Shown: positions 51,395 to 63,364 of the stretch, piece after piece | Layout: every line of letters starts with the position of its first letter | Numbering within the stretch: the first letter of the stretch is position 1 | Source: Chrysemys picta bellii | Lineage: Eukaryota | Assembly: GCF_011386835.1 (NCBI RefSeq) | Contig: NC_088803.1 | Location: forward strand, 124,001-188,000 | DNA length: 64,000 nucleotides | Direction of reading: 5' to 3' | Made by a program: the position numbers and the translations under genes | Notes under the pieces: generated by a model | Told to the model about the DNA's origin: nothing | The model's database searches: none | Seen by the model: the letters and a program-made list of their open reading frames with translations, nothing else

Positions 51395-52404
51395 CCAATG
51401 TGCAGTAGCAGTGAAAAAAGCGATCAGAATGTTGGGAATCATTAAGAAAGGGATAGATCAGGGGTAGGCGACCTTTCAGAGGTGGTGTGCCAAGTCTTCA
51501 TTTATTCACTGTAATTTAAGGTTTTGCATGCCAGTCATACATTTTAACGTTTTTAGAAGGTCTCTTTCTATTAGTGTATAATATATAACTAAATTATTGT
51601 TGTATGTAAAGTAAATAAGGTTTTTAAAATGTTTAAGAAGCTTCATTTAAAATTAAATTAAAATGCAGAGCCCCCTGGACTGGTGGCCAGGACCCGGGCA
51701 GTGTGAGTGCCACTGAGAATCCGCTCGTATGCCGCCTTTGGCACGCATGCCATAGGTTGCCTACCCTAGGATAGATAATAAGACAGAAAATATCGTATTG
51801 CCTGTGTATAAATCTATGGTACGCCCACATCTTGAATACTGCGTGCAGATGTGGTCGCCCCATCTCAAAAAAGATATATTGGAATTGGAAAAGGTTCAGA
51901 AAAGGGCAACAAAAATAATTAGGGGTTTGGAACAGCTGCTATATGAGGAGAGATTAATAAGACTGGGATTTTTCAGCTTGTAAAAGAGACAACTAAGGGG
52001 GGATATGATAGAGGTCTATAAAATCATGACTGGTGTGGAGAAAGTAAACAAGGAAGTGTTATTTACTCCTTCTTATAACACAAGAGCTAGGGGCCACCAA
52101 ATAAACTTAATAGGCAGCAAGTTTAAAACAAAGAAAAGGAAGTATTTTTTCACACAACACACAGTCAACCTGTGGAACTCCTTGCCAGAGGATGTTGTGA
52201 AGGCCAAGACTATAGCAGGGTTAAAAAAAGGAACTAGGTAAATTCATGGAGGATAGGTCCATCAATGGCTATTAGCCAGGATGGGCAGGGGTGGTGTCCC
52301 TAGCCTCTGTTTGCCAGAAGCTGGGAATGGGCGGCTGGGAATAGATCACTTAATGATTACCTGTTCTGTTAATTCCCGCTGAAGCACCTAGCATTGGCCA
52401 CTGT
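51395..52404 (+). mobile_element. 5'-truncated CR1 LINE 3' fragment (RT C-terminus and 3' UTR)
   Basis: YKSMVRPHLEYCVQMWSPHLKKDILELEKVQKRATK and [17 protein letters not shown] are typical CR1 ORF2 C-terminal sequences. Confidence 0.9.
51459..51768. mobile_element. hAT MITE inserted in the CR1 fragment
   Basis: TIRs CAGGGGTAGGCGACCT / AGGTTGCCTACCCTA; perfect 8-bp TSD GGATAGAT (51451-51458 and 51769-51776). Confidence 0.88.
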
Positions 52405-53555
52405 GTCACATCTGGATCTATGAATAGGGATACACTAAAAAAACACATTTGAGTTGGTGATTATGATGCACAGTCATGAACCACAACTAGATTTGTGAAC
52501 ATGATACAGTTGTGACTCACATTTGGGTTGGTTAATTGAGTACTGGTGTAAACCACATCTGGATTGGTGATTATGACACAATCATAAACTACATCTGGAT
52601 AAAATAATAGGCTGTAATCACAAACATCTAGATTTGTGCAAATTACATAGTTATCACTCGATACAGCGTCACATCTGGAGTTGCAAGTTAACCCATCCGG
52701 ACTGGTTAATATGACACATTGACTAGAATACCTCTGATGGTGCTGGGGAGATTTCCTTTTTGCAGGTGGGGGAGATTTTGCCACCTGGCGGCTGCTGCAT
52801 GCTCTATCTCAGAGGGAATAATCAGGCAGGAGGTGTATTTGGAGCTGGCACAAACTAAAAGATTGATGAGGAAACTCTAGCAATTTTTTCCCAGTGGGCA
52901 GGGGAAGGAGGTGGGGGAAGATTTTGTTCCAGGAATGGTAAAGGGGAAATCTGTACCCAGACTAACCCAAACTGCTACCAGGGAATTGAGAACCCCAGTG
53001 GGAGAACTTGAACCCCAAATACAAAATCTAGAAACCCCCCCAATTGAAGAATCTATACCCAGAAGATCCTACACGTCTACCAGGAACCTAAAATCCACAC
53101 ATGGCACCTATAAAATGGGATAGCTACTCCCCAATGAATAATCAAAAACACCAGTGGGGAAAATGGCGCAGAATGAACCCAACACTTTTCTAGGGAACCT
53201 AGAATGAAGCAGGAGAATCTAGAGCACAGATGAACCTGACCTTTGTGAAGGGAATCTAGAACCCCAACAAGTAGTCTATAGCCTCAATGGAGAATCTAGA
53301 AACCCAATGGGAAATCTATATCCAGAAGTTCTCCAACACTCTTCTATGGAACCTAGAACTGTAATGGGAGAATTTAGACTCCCAGTGGAGAATCTTGAAC
53401 CCAATGAGAAATCTATACCCAGAAGAACCCCAGTGACTAACCTAGAAACCCTGTGAGTAACCTAGAACATAGATGGAGAATCTAAGAAGCAGAAAATAGA
53501 GTAGGATTTGTTAGGCCAGGAGAGAGAAGTGACTGCATAGAAGCAGAAGTGTATA

Positions 53556-56052
53556 AAAGAACATAAGAACGGCCATACTGGGTCAGACCAAAGGTCCATC
53601 TAGCCCAGTATCCTGTCTACTGACAGTGGCCAATGCCAGGTGCCCCAGAGGGAGTGAACCTAACAGGTAATGATCAAATGATCTCTCTTCTGCCATCCAT
53701 CTCCACACTCTGACAAACAGAGGCTAGGGACACCATTCCTTACCCATCGTGGCTAATACCCATTAATGGACTTAACCTCCATGAATTTATCCAGTTCTCT
53801 TTTAAACGCTGTTATAGTCCTAGCCTTCACAATCTCCTCAGGCAAGGAGTTCCACAAGTTGACTGTGTGCTGCGTGAAGAAGAACTTCCTTTTATTTGTT
53901 TTAAACCTGCTGCCCATTAATTTCATTTAGTGACCCCTAGTTCTTGTATTATGGGAACAAGTAAATAACTTTTCCTTATTTACTTTCTCTACATCACTCA
54001 TGATTTTATATACCTCTATCATATCCCCCCTTAGTCTCCTCTTTTCCAAGTTGAAAAGTCCTAGCCTCTTTCATCTCTCCTCATAATGGACCCATTCAAA
54101 CCCCTAATCATTTTAGTTGCCCTTCTCTGAAAATTTTCTAGTGCCAGTATATCTTTTTTGAGATGAGGAGACCACATCTGTATGCAGTATTCAAGATGTG
54201 GGCATACCATCGATTTATATAAAGGCAATAAGATACTCTCCGTCTTATTCTCTATCCCCTTTTTAATGATTCCTAACATCCTGTTTGCTTTTTTGACCAC
54301 CGCTGCACACTGCGTGGACGTCTTCAGAGAACTATCCATGATGACTCCAAGATCTTTTTCCTGATTTGTTGTAGCTAAATTAGCCCCCATCATATTGTAT
54401 GTATAGTTGGGGTTATTTTTTCCAATGTGCATTACTTTACATTTATCCACATTAAATTTCATTTGCCATTTTGTTGCCCAATCACTTAGTTTTGTCAGAT
54501 CTTTTTGAAGTTCTTCACAGTTTGCTTTGGTCTTAACTATCTTGAGCAGTTTAGTATCATCCGCAAACTTTGCCACCTCACTTTTTACCCCTTTCTCCAG
54601 ATCATTTATGAATAAGTTGAATAGGATTTGTCCTAGGACTGACCCTTGGGGAACACCACTAGTTACCCCTCTCCATTCTGAGAATTTACCATTTATTACT
54701 ACCCTTTGTTCCGTGTCTTTCAACCAATTCTCAATCCATGAAAGGACCTTCCCTTTTATCCCATGACAACTTAATTTACATAAGAGCCTTTGGTGAGGGA
54801 CCTTGTCAAAGGCTTTCTGGAAATCTAAGTACACTATGTCCACTGGATCTCCCTTGTCCACATATTTGTTGACCCCTTCAAAGAACTCTAATAGATTAGT
54901 AAGACACGATTTCCCTTTACAGAAACCATGTTGACTATTGCTCAACAGTTTATGTTTTTCTATGTGTCTGACAATTTTATTCTTAACTATTGTTTCGACT
55001 AATTTGCCCGGTACCGACGTCAGACTTACCGGTCTGTAATTGCCGGGATCACCTCTAGAGCCCTTTTTAAATATTGGTGTTACATTAGCTAACTTCTAGT
55101 CACTGGGTACAGAAGCCGATTTAAAGGACAGGTTACAAACCTTAGTTAATAGTTCTGCAACTTCACATTTGAGTTCTTTCAGAACTCTTGGGTGAATGCC
55201 ATCTGGTCCTGGTGACTTGTTAATGTTAAGTTTATCAATTAATTCCAAAATCTTCTCTAGTGACACTTCAATCTGTGACAATTCCTCAGATTTGTCACCT
55301 ACAAAAGCCGGCTCAGGTTTGGGAATCTCCCCAGGGCGGCCCAGGCCCCGGGCCCCACAGGGGCCCCCATGAGAGTTTTCAGTGGGTCTTCAGCGGCAGG
55401 TCCTTCAGTGCCACCGAACACACCCGGAGCAAGTGAAGGACCCGCTGCCGAAGTCCCAGAGCTTCTTCCGCTCCGGGTCTTCGGCGGCAATTCTGCGGCG
55501 GGTCCTTCACTCGCTCTGGGACCCGCTGCCGAAGTGCTCCGAAGACCCGGAGCAGAAGGACCCCCACCGCCAAAGACCCCAGGCCCCCTGAATCCTCTGG
55601 GTGGCCCTGAATCTCCCTAACATCCTCAGCCATGAAGACTGAAGCAAAGAATCCATTTAGTTTCTCCGCAATGACTTTATCATCTTTAAGTGCTCCTTTT
55701 GTATCTCCATCATCCAGGGGCCCCACTGGTTGTTTAGCAGGCTTTCTGCTTCTGATGTACTTAAAAAACATTTTGTTATTACCTTTTGCATTTTTGGCTA
55801 ACCATTCTTCAAACTCCTCTTTGGCTTTTCTTCTTACATTTTTACACTTAATTTGGCAGTGTTTATGCTCCTTTCTATTTACCTCACTAGGATTTGACTT
55901 CCACTTTTTAAAAGATGCCTTTATATCTCTCACTGCTTCTTCTAAACTCCTCCTCTCTATACCATCGTCTCATCCACGCATTGAGACTCTGAAGCTCTGC
56001 CTGCCTACTTGGCCCTGAGCATGGAACTGGGAGCATTTCTGAGAATGCCACC
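53556..56052 (-). mobile_element. CR1 LINE, 3' part (ORF2 RT, 3' tail) joined by internal deletion to the end of ORF1
   Basis: RT ORF 54061-54945 (QHGFCKGKSCLTNL...VPQGSVLG...KFADDTKL). A CR1-type TTCTTATG tail repeat lies near 53556. At ~55940 ORF2 sequence abuts ORF1 esterase sequence (VAFSEMLPVP...NAWMRRW), so the endonuclease domain is missing. Confidence 0.92.
55332..55609. mobile_element. GC-rich hAT MITE inserted in CR1 ORF2
   Basis: TIRs CAGGGCGGCCCAG / CTGGGTGGCCCTG; perfect 8-bp TSD AATCTCCC (55324-55331 and 55610-55617). Confidence 0.85.
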
Positions 56053-56810
56053 TGTGGCGGGGCCAGGCTACCCCGCCTTAACCTGGAAGGAGTTAAGCCC
56101 CAGGGACTGGCAGCGGGAGTCCCGCTTTCCTGGGCGGACTGGGCATGCTCCAAGTGCTATAGAGTATAAAGGGAGGGAGACCAGCTCATTCTGGGGTGGA
56201 GCCCGTAGGAGAAGGACCTGCCGGGGAAGCTCCTGTGGCGGACCAGCCACAGCCGTTGGCTGCACCAGGAAGAGATGCCGTCCACGGCCCGCCGGCGCCC
56301 CTGTGGTTGGAGGAGACCCAGGGGACGACCGAATCCGCCGAGTACCAAGGACCCGACGACTCCTGGGAGACCCCAACGGAGAGCCTGGTAGGAAGGGACT
56401 CTGGGAGGGTGACAGAGTGGTACTTCCCTCCCCCCCAACCCCGGGGAAACTCAGAGTGTTTCGGTCGGATCCCCCCGCTGAGTTGGTGGAAAAGCACTAC
56501 GCTACAGTTAGGGCCCTGGATCGGGGCCCCCCTACTGGGGCAGTCACACCCCAATAACATGGACTCTAGCAGCTAGGCCACACTACCCTCCACCCGAGGG
56601 TTGCTTCCTGGACTCTGGCCGCTAGGCCCTACTGCCCTGTAGCCGAGGGCTGCGTTACAGACTCCTGCCGTCAGGCCACGTCTCCTTGAGGTAAAGGGGA
56701 CGTCATAGACTCTGACCGCTAGGCCATACTGCCCTGGACTGAAGGGCTATTTGACGGACGGTGGCGGATAGTCCACGCCGCTCGCAACCGTAGGGGTGTG
56801 GACCATCACA
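56053..56810 (+). repeat. 5' LTR (758 bp)
   Basis: TGTGGCGG...CATCACA; TATAAA at 56165-56170; ~97% identical to the 3' LTR by eye. Confidence 0.95.
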
Positions 56811-56812
56811 CT

Positions 56813-56829
56813 TGGTACCAGAAGTGGGG
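56813..56829 (+). other. Primer-binding site, complementary to the tRNA-Leu(UAA) 3' end
   Basis: TGGTACCAGAAGTGGGG lies 2 nt after the 5' LTR and matches the reverse complement of ...CCCCACTTCTGGTA-CCA (vertebrate tRNA-Leu-TAA, recalled from memory). Confidence 0.75.
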
Positions 56830-56899
56830 AGCTGCCCAGGACCTGCTAAGAGGTCCAATACACAGAGTCTAGACGACGGAACCCCTCCCGCCATCTAAG

Positions 56900-59800
56900 A
56901 TGGATACCGAGAAACTTTTAAAGGGGTTGCTGGAGAACCAGCAAGAACAGGTGGCCCAACAGTGACAACAACAGGCACATCTGCTGCAACAGATGGCCAG
57001 CCAGCAGCAGCTACAGATGACCCAGGACCAGGAACAACAGTAGCAACTCCTTCGGGAGTTGGCCACCCAACATCAAGTACAACAAGAGCTCCTGGTCCAA
57101 CAAGTGGCTACGGTAATGCAACCACCAGGAGTTCGCGCCCCCACCACCACAGGCACAGGGCCTGTGGAGTGCCTGGGGGGACTGACGGTTTGCCTCACAA
57201 AGATGGGACCAGGCGACAACCCTGAGGCATTCCTGGTTACATTCGAGCGGGTCGCCACCGCTGCTCGGTGGCCCCCAGAACACTGGGCCACGATGTTGGC
57301 CCCCTATTTAACGGGACCGGCACAGATGGCCTACCGTAACCTGGATTTCCGAGAGGCCTTGGACTACCCCCGGGTGAAAGCGGCCATTTTAGCCCAGACC
57401 GGCATTAGCTCCGAGACGTACCGCCAGCGCCTCCGTAAAGAACAGTACCCTTCTGGGGCTCGGCCTCGGGCCGTAGCCCAGTGGGTACGGGACCTCTGTT
57501 GGAGATGGTTGGAGCCCGAGGGCTTGACCGGGCCACAGGTAGCGGAAAGGGTGGCACTTGAACAGTTCACCCAGATCCTCCCAGCAGGAGGGAAAGCATG
57601 GGTACAGCGTCACCGACCGGCTACCCTGTCCGCGGCCGTGGGCCTGATGGAGGGTTACTTATCGGCTGAGGAAGCCCAGACTCACCACCGTAGGTCCGGA
57701 AACCTGAGCCGGAGAGAAGGACCAGATAGGGGAAGCCCTCGGGGAGCGGGGGCTCAGGAACCTGCCTCCAATATCCGTCCCGCACCCACTAACCTTCACA
57801 GTCCTGGACCCAGGCGGGAAGTCCCTCGGAAGCCGAGTCGAAGGGAACGGCACCCCCAAGGGGGACGGAGCCCAACAAGGGAAGGCAACAGACCCTCGGA
57901 GGGCCGGAATCGCTGCTGGGAGTGCGGACAAGAGGGAAATTTTCAGCGGGAATGTCCTTTTATGGATTGCAACTATGGGCAAGTGTGGGTTGCCGGACAT
58001 AGAGCCCGGAAAAGGGGCCCGGGGAAATTGGTGGTTCTGGTGCGGGTCGAGGGGATCCACACGAGGGCTCTCGTAGACTCAGGATGTAGTCAGACCCTCG
58101 TGCGGGAGGGGCTGGTCCCGAACCTTAGACTTGCGGGGGATAAGATACACTTACAGTGTGTACATGGGGACATCTGCCCTTATCCCACTGCCTGGGTGAG
58201 GATTAGGATAGGGCAGCGGGAGGAAGTCCTGCACGTGGGCGTAGCCCCCAGATTGGCCTACCCCGTAGTGCTGGGATGGGACTGGCCAGAATTTAGGGAG
58301 GTCCTCCAACAGTATCAACCGTCAGCTTCACAAACCAAAGGAGCTACGTCTCCAGGGAAGGAACTCCTCGGACACACGCCGGAGACAGACCCCGGGGAGG
58401 GGACGTCTACGGCAGGGCAGACGCCCGCCAAAGCCCAACATCAATCCATGGAAGAAACTCAGATAGAGCTGGAACGAGATATTGACTTTGTGAGGGAGCA
58501 GAGAGAGGACCCAACACTGAGTCGGACCTGGGAGCAGGCCACTGTCCTCGGAACGGGAGCGGACCTACCTCCGAGACCTCCGCAAGGGCCACGGTTCGAG
58601 ATCCAGCGGGACCGCCTATATCGGGTGGTGCAGGAGCCACATACACCTGAGCCGCTCCGACAGCTATTGGTTCCCCAGAGGCTGTGACGAGGCCTACTGC
58701 ACTTGGCACATGCCAACCCGTGGGCTGGATACCTGGGGCGGGAAAAGACCCTTCAGAGGGTGGCCCGCCGTTTCTTTTGGCCCGGCATTCACCAAGAAGT
58801 CCGAGAATATTGCGCGTCTTGCCCAGAATGCCAACGGGCAGGACCAAAAGGTGTACCCTGAGCCCCGTGAATACCCATGCCGGTGGTCGGCGTACCCTTT
58901 GAACATATTGGAATGGATTTAGTGGGACCCTTAGAAAGAAGCAAGACAGGGAATCGATTTATTTTAGTAATCGTGGACTACACGACCCGGTAACTCGAGG
59001 CTGTTCCCCTCCGAGCGGCCACGGCACCGGTGATTGCCGCCGAACTCGTGAAGGTCTTCGCTAGGGTCGGGATACCCACAGAGATCCTGACGGATCAGGG
59101 TACTAATGTATCCTCGAAATTAATAGCAGAATTGTGCCGCCTCCTGAATATACGGACGCTCCAAACATCAGTTTACCACCCACAGACAGACGGGCTGGTG
59201 GAGCGTTTTAATGGCACCCTGAAGTCCATGCTGCGGAAGTTCGTAGAGGAAGACCCCAGCCATTGGGATACACTATTGCCAGCCCTGCTGTTTGCCATAA
59301 GGGAAGTACCCCAAGCGTCGACCGGGTTCTCACCCTTCGAACTTCTGTACGGCAGGCAGCCACGAGGGATCCTGGACCTCTTAAGGGAAGACTGGGAGAC
59401 TCAGGAGACTCGCGTGCTCGGGACCACCCAGTATGTGCTACGTCTGCGAGAACGGCTCCAAACCTTGGGGGTTTTTGCCTGGGAGAATCTGCCCAAGAGA
59501 CACAGGTTCGTTTATATAATAGAGGGGCTAAGGCACATAGTTTTAACCCCGGGGACCGGGTGTTACTCTTGTTACTCTCGGCTGAATCAAAGCTCTTGGC
59601 CAAGTGGCAGGGACCACACGAGGTGATCCGACGGGTCGGGCCCGTAGATTATGAAGTCCGGCTACCGGGAGGACAGAGGGACACCCGGACTTACCATGTG
59701 AATCTCTCAAAGGCCTGGAAGGTTAGGGAATCCTTGTTCATCACCTTCTCGCCCCCAGACCCGGAACTGGGACCCCTAGCAGGGGAACCCCTAGACCACA

Positions 59801-61252
59801 AACCAGCGACACTTGGGGCTGGCCTTACCCCGGCACAGCGAGAGCAAATATCGCAGCTTGTAAAGGACTTCCCCGATGTGCTATCAACCCACCCAGGACA
59901 AACCAACCTGACGAGCCATCATATCGCGACGACGCCGGGCCAGAAGGTGAGAGATAACCATCGACCCATACCCCGGAAGATGTGAGCCACAGTGCGACAG
60001 GAGTTGGACACAATGCTTGAGATGAGTGTAGTTGAGGAGTCAAAGAGTGAATGGCACAGCCCCATTGTTTTGGTCTCGAAACCCAATGGGACTACTCGAT
60101 TCTGTATCAATTTCTGGAAGATTAATGCCATCTCTAGGTTCGACGCGTACCCAATGCCCCGGGTGGAAGAACTCCTAGAACGACTCGGGGGAGCGAGGTA
60201 TTTGTCGACCCTAGATTTAACCAAATGATACTGGCAAATCCCCCTTACACCCAATTCCCGAGAAAAAACGGCCTTCCCAACACCCTTCGGCCTCTTCCAC
60301 TTTGTAACCATGCCATTCGGGTTACACGGTGCCACAGCGATGTTTCAGCGGCTGATGAATAAGCTCTTGCTGCCTCACGATCAATATGCCACGGCGTATA
60401 TAGATGACATTGTGATCTACAGTCGCAGCTGGAAGGACCACCTTCGACACCTCAGGGGAGTCCTCCAGGCCCTCTGAGCAGCTTGGTTCACGGCCAATCC
60501 GGCGAAATGCCATCTCGGCCAGGAAGAGGTGACCTACCTTGGGTATGTCATAGGGGGAGGGAAGTTGCGCCCCCAAATCAATAAGGTACAAGCCCTTATG
60601 GACACAGCTTCGCCCACGACGAAGAAACAGGTACGCCAGTTCTTGGGACTAGCCGGGTACTATCGTCGCTTTGTACCCAACTTCGCGTCCATAGCTGCAC
60701 CTCTATCGGACCTGACAAAAACTCCCAGCCACAACAGGTACAATGGTCCGACCTGTGTGACAAGGCCTTCAGGACGCTGAAAGATCGACTTGTGCATGAA
60801 CCGGTCCTGTGACACCCTGATTTTTCAAAGGAGTTCATACTCCAAACGGATGCCTCAGAGGTAGGCTTAGGAGCGGTCCTCTCCCAGGAATGGGAGGGGG
60901 AGGAACACCCAGTACTGTATCTAAGCCGGAAACTACTCCCTCGAGAACAACACTACGCAACAATAGAGAAAGAGGCCCTGGCGGCGAAATGGGCCATTGA
61001 TGCCCTGCGCTATTATTTACTGGGGAATACCTTCAAATTGATCACCGACCATGCCCCCCTCAGATGGATACACAGCATGAAGGACGCAAACCCCCGAATC
61101 ATGCGCTGGTACCTGTTGCTCCAACCATACGACTTCTGCGTTTTTTATCGTCTGGGTAAGGTGCATGCTAACGTGGATTTCTTTTCTAGACAGGGAAAGG
61201 AGGATGGGGAGACGGACCGGCCCCGGGGACGGTCCTTCTTAAGGGGGAGGGT
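56900..61252 (+). pseudogene. gag-pol polyprotein remnant: Gln-rich N-terminus, capsid with SCAN-like C-terminal domain, zinc knuckle, aspartic protease, integrase, RT, RNase H
   Basis: ATG at 56900 is in frame with ORF 57059-58687. Motifs: LEQFTQILP (SCAN-like), [20 protein letters not shown] protease; integrase GMDLVGP/TDQG/VERFN at ~58.7-59.7 kb; RT YIDD at 60397-60408; RNase H QTDAS...EKEALA...TDH at ~60.8-61.1 kb. Several in-frame stops and frameshifts. Confidence 0.92.
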
Positions 61253-61253
61253 G

Positions 61254-62010
61254 TGTGGCGGGGCCAGTCTACCCCGCCTTAACCTGGAAGGAGTTAAGCC
61301 CCAGGGACTGGCAGCGGGAGTCCCGCCTTCCTGGGAGGACTGGGCATGCTCCAAGTGCTATAGAGTATAAAGGGAGGGAGACCAGCTCATTCTGGGGTGG
61401 AGCCCGTAGGAGAAGGACCTGCCGGGGAAGCTCCTGTGGCGGACCAGCCACAGCCGTTGGCTGCACCAGGAAGAGATGCCGTCCACGGCCCGCCGGCGCC
61501 CCTGTGGTTGGAGGAGACCCAGGGGACGACCGAATCCGCCGAGTACCAAGGACCCGACGACTCCTGGGAGACCCCAACGGAGAGCCTGGTAGGAAGGGAC
61601 TCTGGGAGGGTGACAGAGTGGTACCTCCCCCCCCCCCCCCCCGGGGAAACTCAGCGTGTTTCGGTCAGATCCCCCCGCTGAGTTGGTGGAAAAGCACTAC
61701 GCTACAGTTAGGGCCCCAGGTCGGGGCCCCCCTACTGGGGCAGTCACACCCCAATAACATGGACTCTGGCAGCTAGGCTATGCTACCCTCCACCCGAGGG
61801 TTGCTTCCAGGACTCTGGCCGCTAGGCCCTACTGCCCTGTAGCCGAGGGCTGTGTTACAGACTCCTGCCGTCAGGCCACGTCTCCTTGAGGTAAAGGGGA
61901 CGTCATAGACTCTGACCGCTAGGCCATACTGCCCTGGACTGAAGGGCTATTTGACGGACAGTGGCGGATAGTCCACGCCGCTCGCAACCGTAGGGGCATG
62001 GACCGTCACA
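61254..62010 (+). repeat. 3' LTR (757 bp), preceded by polypurine tract AAGGGGGAGGG (61241-61251)
   Basis: Direct repeat of 56053-56810. Confidence 0.95.
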
Positions 62011-62922
62011 CCACCATAGAGGTCCTGGATTTCAGTCTCTTCCCTAGCAGCCTAAATTTGGCCTCCAGGACGTCTCTCCTACCCTTCCCTATGTCATTGG
62101 TACCTACATGTACCACGACCACCGGCTCCTCCCCAGCACTACACATAAGTCTGTCTAGATGCCTCGAGAGATCCGCAACCTTCGCACCAGGCAGGCAAGT
62201 CACCATGCGGTTCTCCCGGTCATCACAAACCCAGCTATCTACGTTTCTAATGATCGAATCTCCCAATACTAATACCTGCCTTTTCCTAGCAACTGGAGTT
62301 CCCTCCCCCGGAGAGGTAACCTCAGTGCGAGAGGCAACCCCAGCACCGTCTGGAAGGAGGGTCCCAACTATGGGAAGGTTTCCCTCTGCTCCCGTTGACT
62401 GCTCTGCTTCCCTGGGCCTTTCATCCTCCTCAACAGCGTAGGGGCTGTCTGACCGGAGGTGGGACAATTCTACAGTGTCCCGGAAAGCCTCATCAACATA
62501 CCTCTCTGCCTCCCTTAGCTCCTCCAGTTCCGCCACCCTGGCCTCCAAAGCCCGTACGCAGTCTCTGAGGGCCAGGAGCTCCTTGCACCGAATGCACACA
62601 TACGCCACCCACCCATGGGGCAGGTAATCATACATGCTGCACTCAGTGCAATAAACTGGATAGCCCCCACTCTGCAGCTGGGCTTCTGCCTGCATTGTCT
62701 CCAACAGCTGCCTAGGTTACTGAATGGGTTTTGTTTAAATCAAGAAGTTTTGAATGTAGTTTAGTTTACAGGTTTTAAAGAACAGCAAGTGAACCTCGCC
62801 CCCTTCCCACCCCCATTCCAAACTCCCTTGCGAAACTCCCTGTTAGCAGCTCCCTGGTCGCTTGCTCACTGTTTTATAAAGCCCTGGCCTTCTTGATAGC
62901 CCCGCCCCCTGACTAAGGCTCA
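62011..62922 (-). mobile_element. CR1 LINE 5' part: 5' UTR and ORF1 (zinc finger, coiled coil, SGNH/GDSL esterase)
   Basis: ORF 62006-62704: CTEC...CIRC finger, VLVLGDSIIR and VHVGTND esterase motifs. It continues exactly into 56052 (RTSMV|AFSEM) across the LTR insertion. The 5' boundary is approximate. Confidence 0.9.
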
Positions 62923-63313
62923 GATATGAATGAACCACATAAAATGCCCACATGAGGGCAGCATGCCCTAAGCGTTGAGCAGGGGTTGCTGTGCTTCTGG
63001 GCAAGACTGCAGTGGCTTTCAGCTCACGGTCAGTGGGAATTGTTTGTAGTAGAATCATTCCAGTGATGACTCAGGTCTATACAGAGCATCTGTAGCATTG
63101 GGGAACATGCCCTGGAGTCTGACTCCTCTGTTTATTTCTACAGCATGTGTAAGGGCAACCCCCCTCCCGCCAAGACTGTCCCATAATTGGGACCAGATCG
63201 CCACTGGTGCAAATCATGACTCCAATTTACACCAGTTGAGGAGTGCTTTGTTTCTCTCACGCTCCATCCATCCAGTGACATACACATCATCTGTCTATCT
63301 ATCCATCCTCATA

Positions 63314-63315
<2 letters not shown>

Positions 63316-63348
<33 letters not shown>
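63316..63348. repeat. (CT)n microsatellite
   Basis: Direct reading of the sequence. Confidence 0.9.
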
Positions 63349-63350
<2 letters not shown>

Positions 63351-63364
63351 GCTAGCTAGCTACG

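Larger units (their letters stand above)
56053..62010 (+). mobile_element. Full-length Gmr1-like Ty3/Gypsy LTR retrotransposon (5958 bp), decayed
   Basis: TG...CA LTRs, 5-bp TSD CCACC (56048-56052 and 62011-62015), PBS, PPT, and domain order gag-PR-IN-RT-RH. Confidence 0.95.

Noticed and set aside
52900-53480. Degenerate ~21-bp GGAGAATCTAGAACCCCAAT repeat considered as a coding exon
   Set aside because: Stops interrupt the frames I checked and no protein family is recognisable; treated as an old minisatellite.
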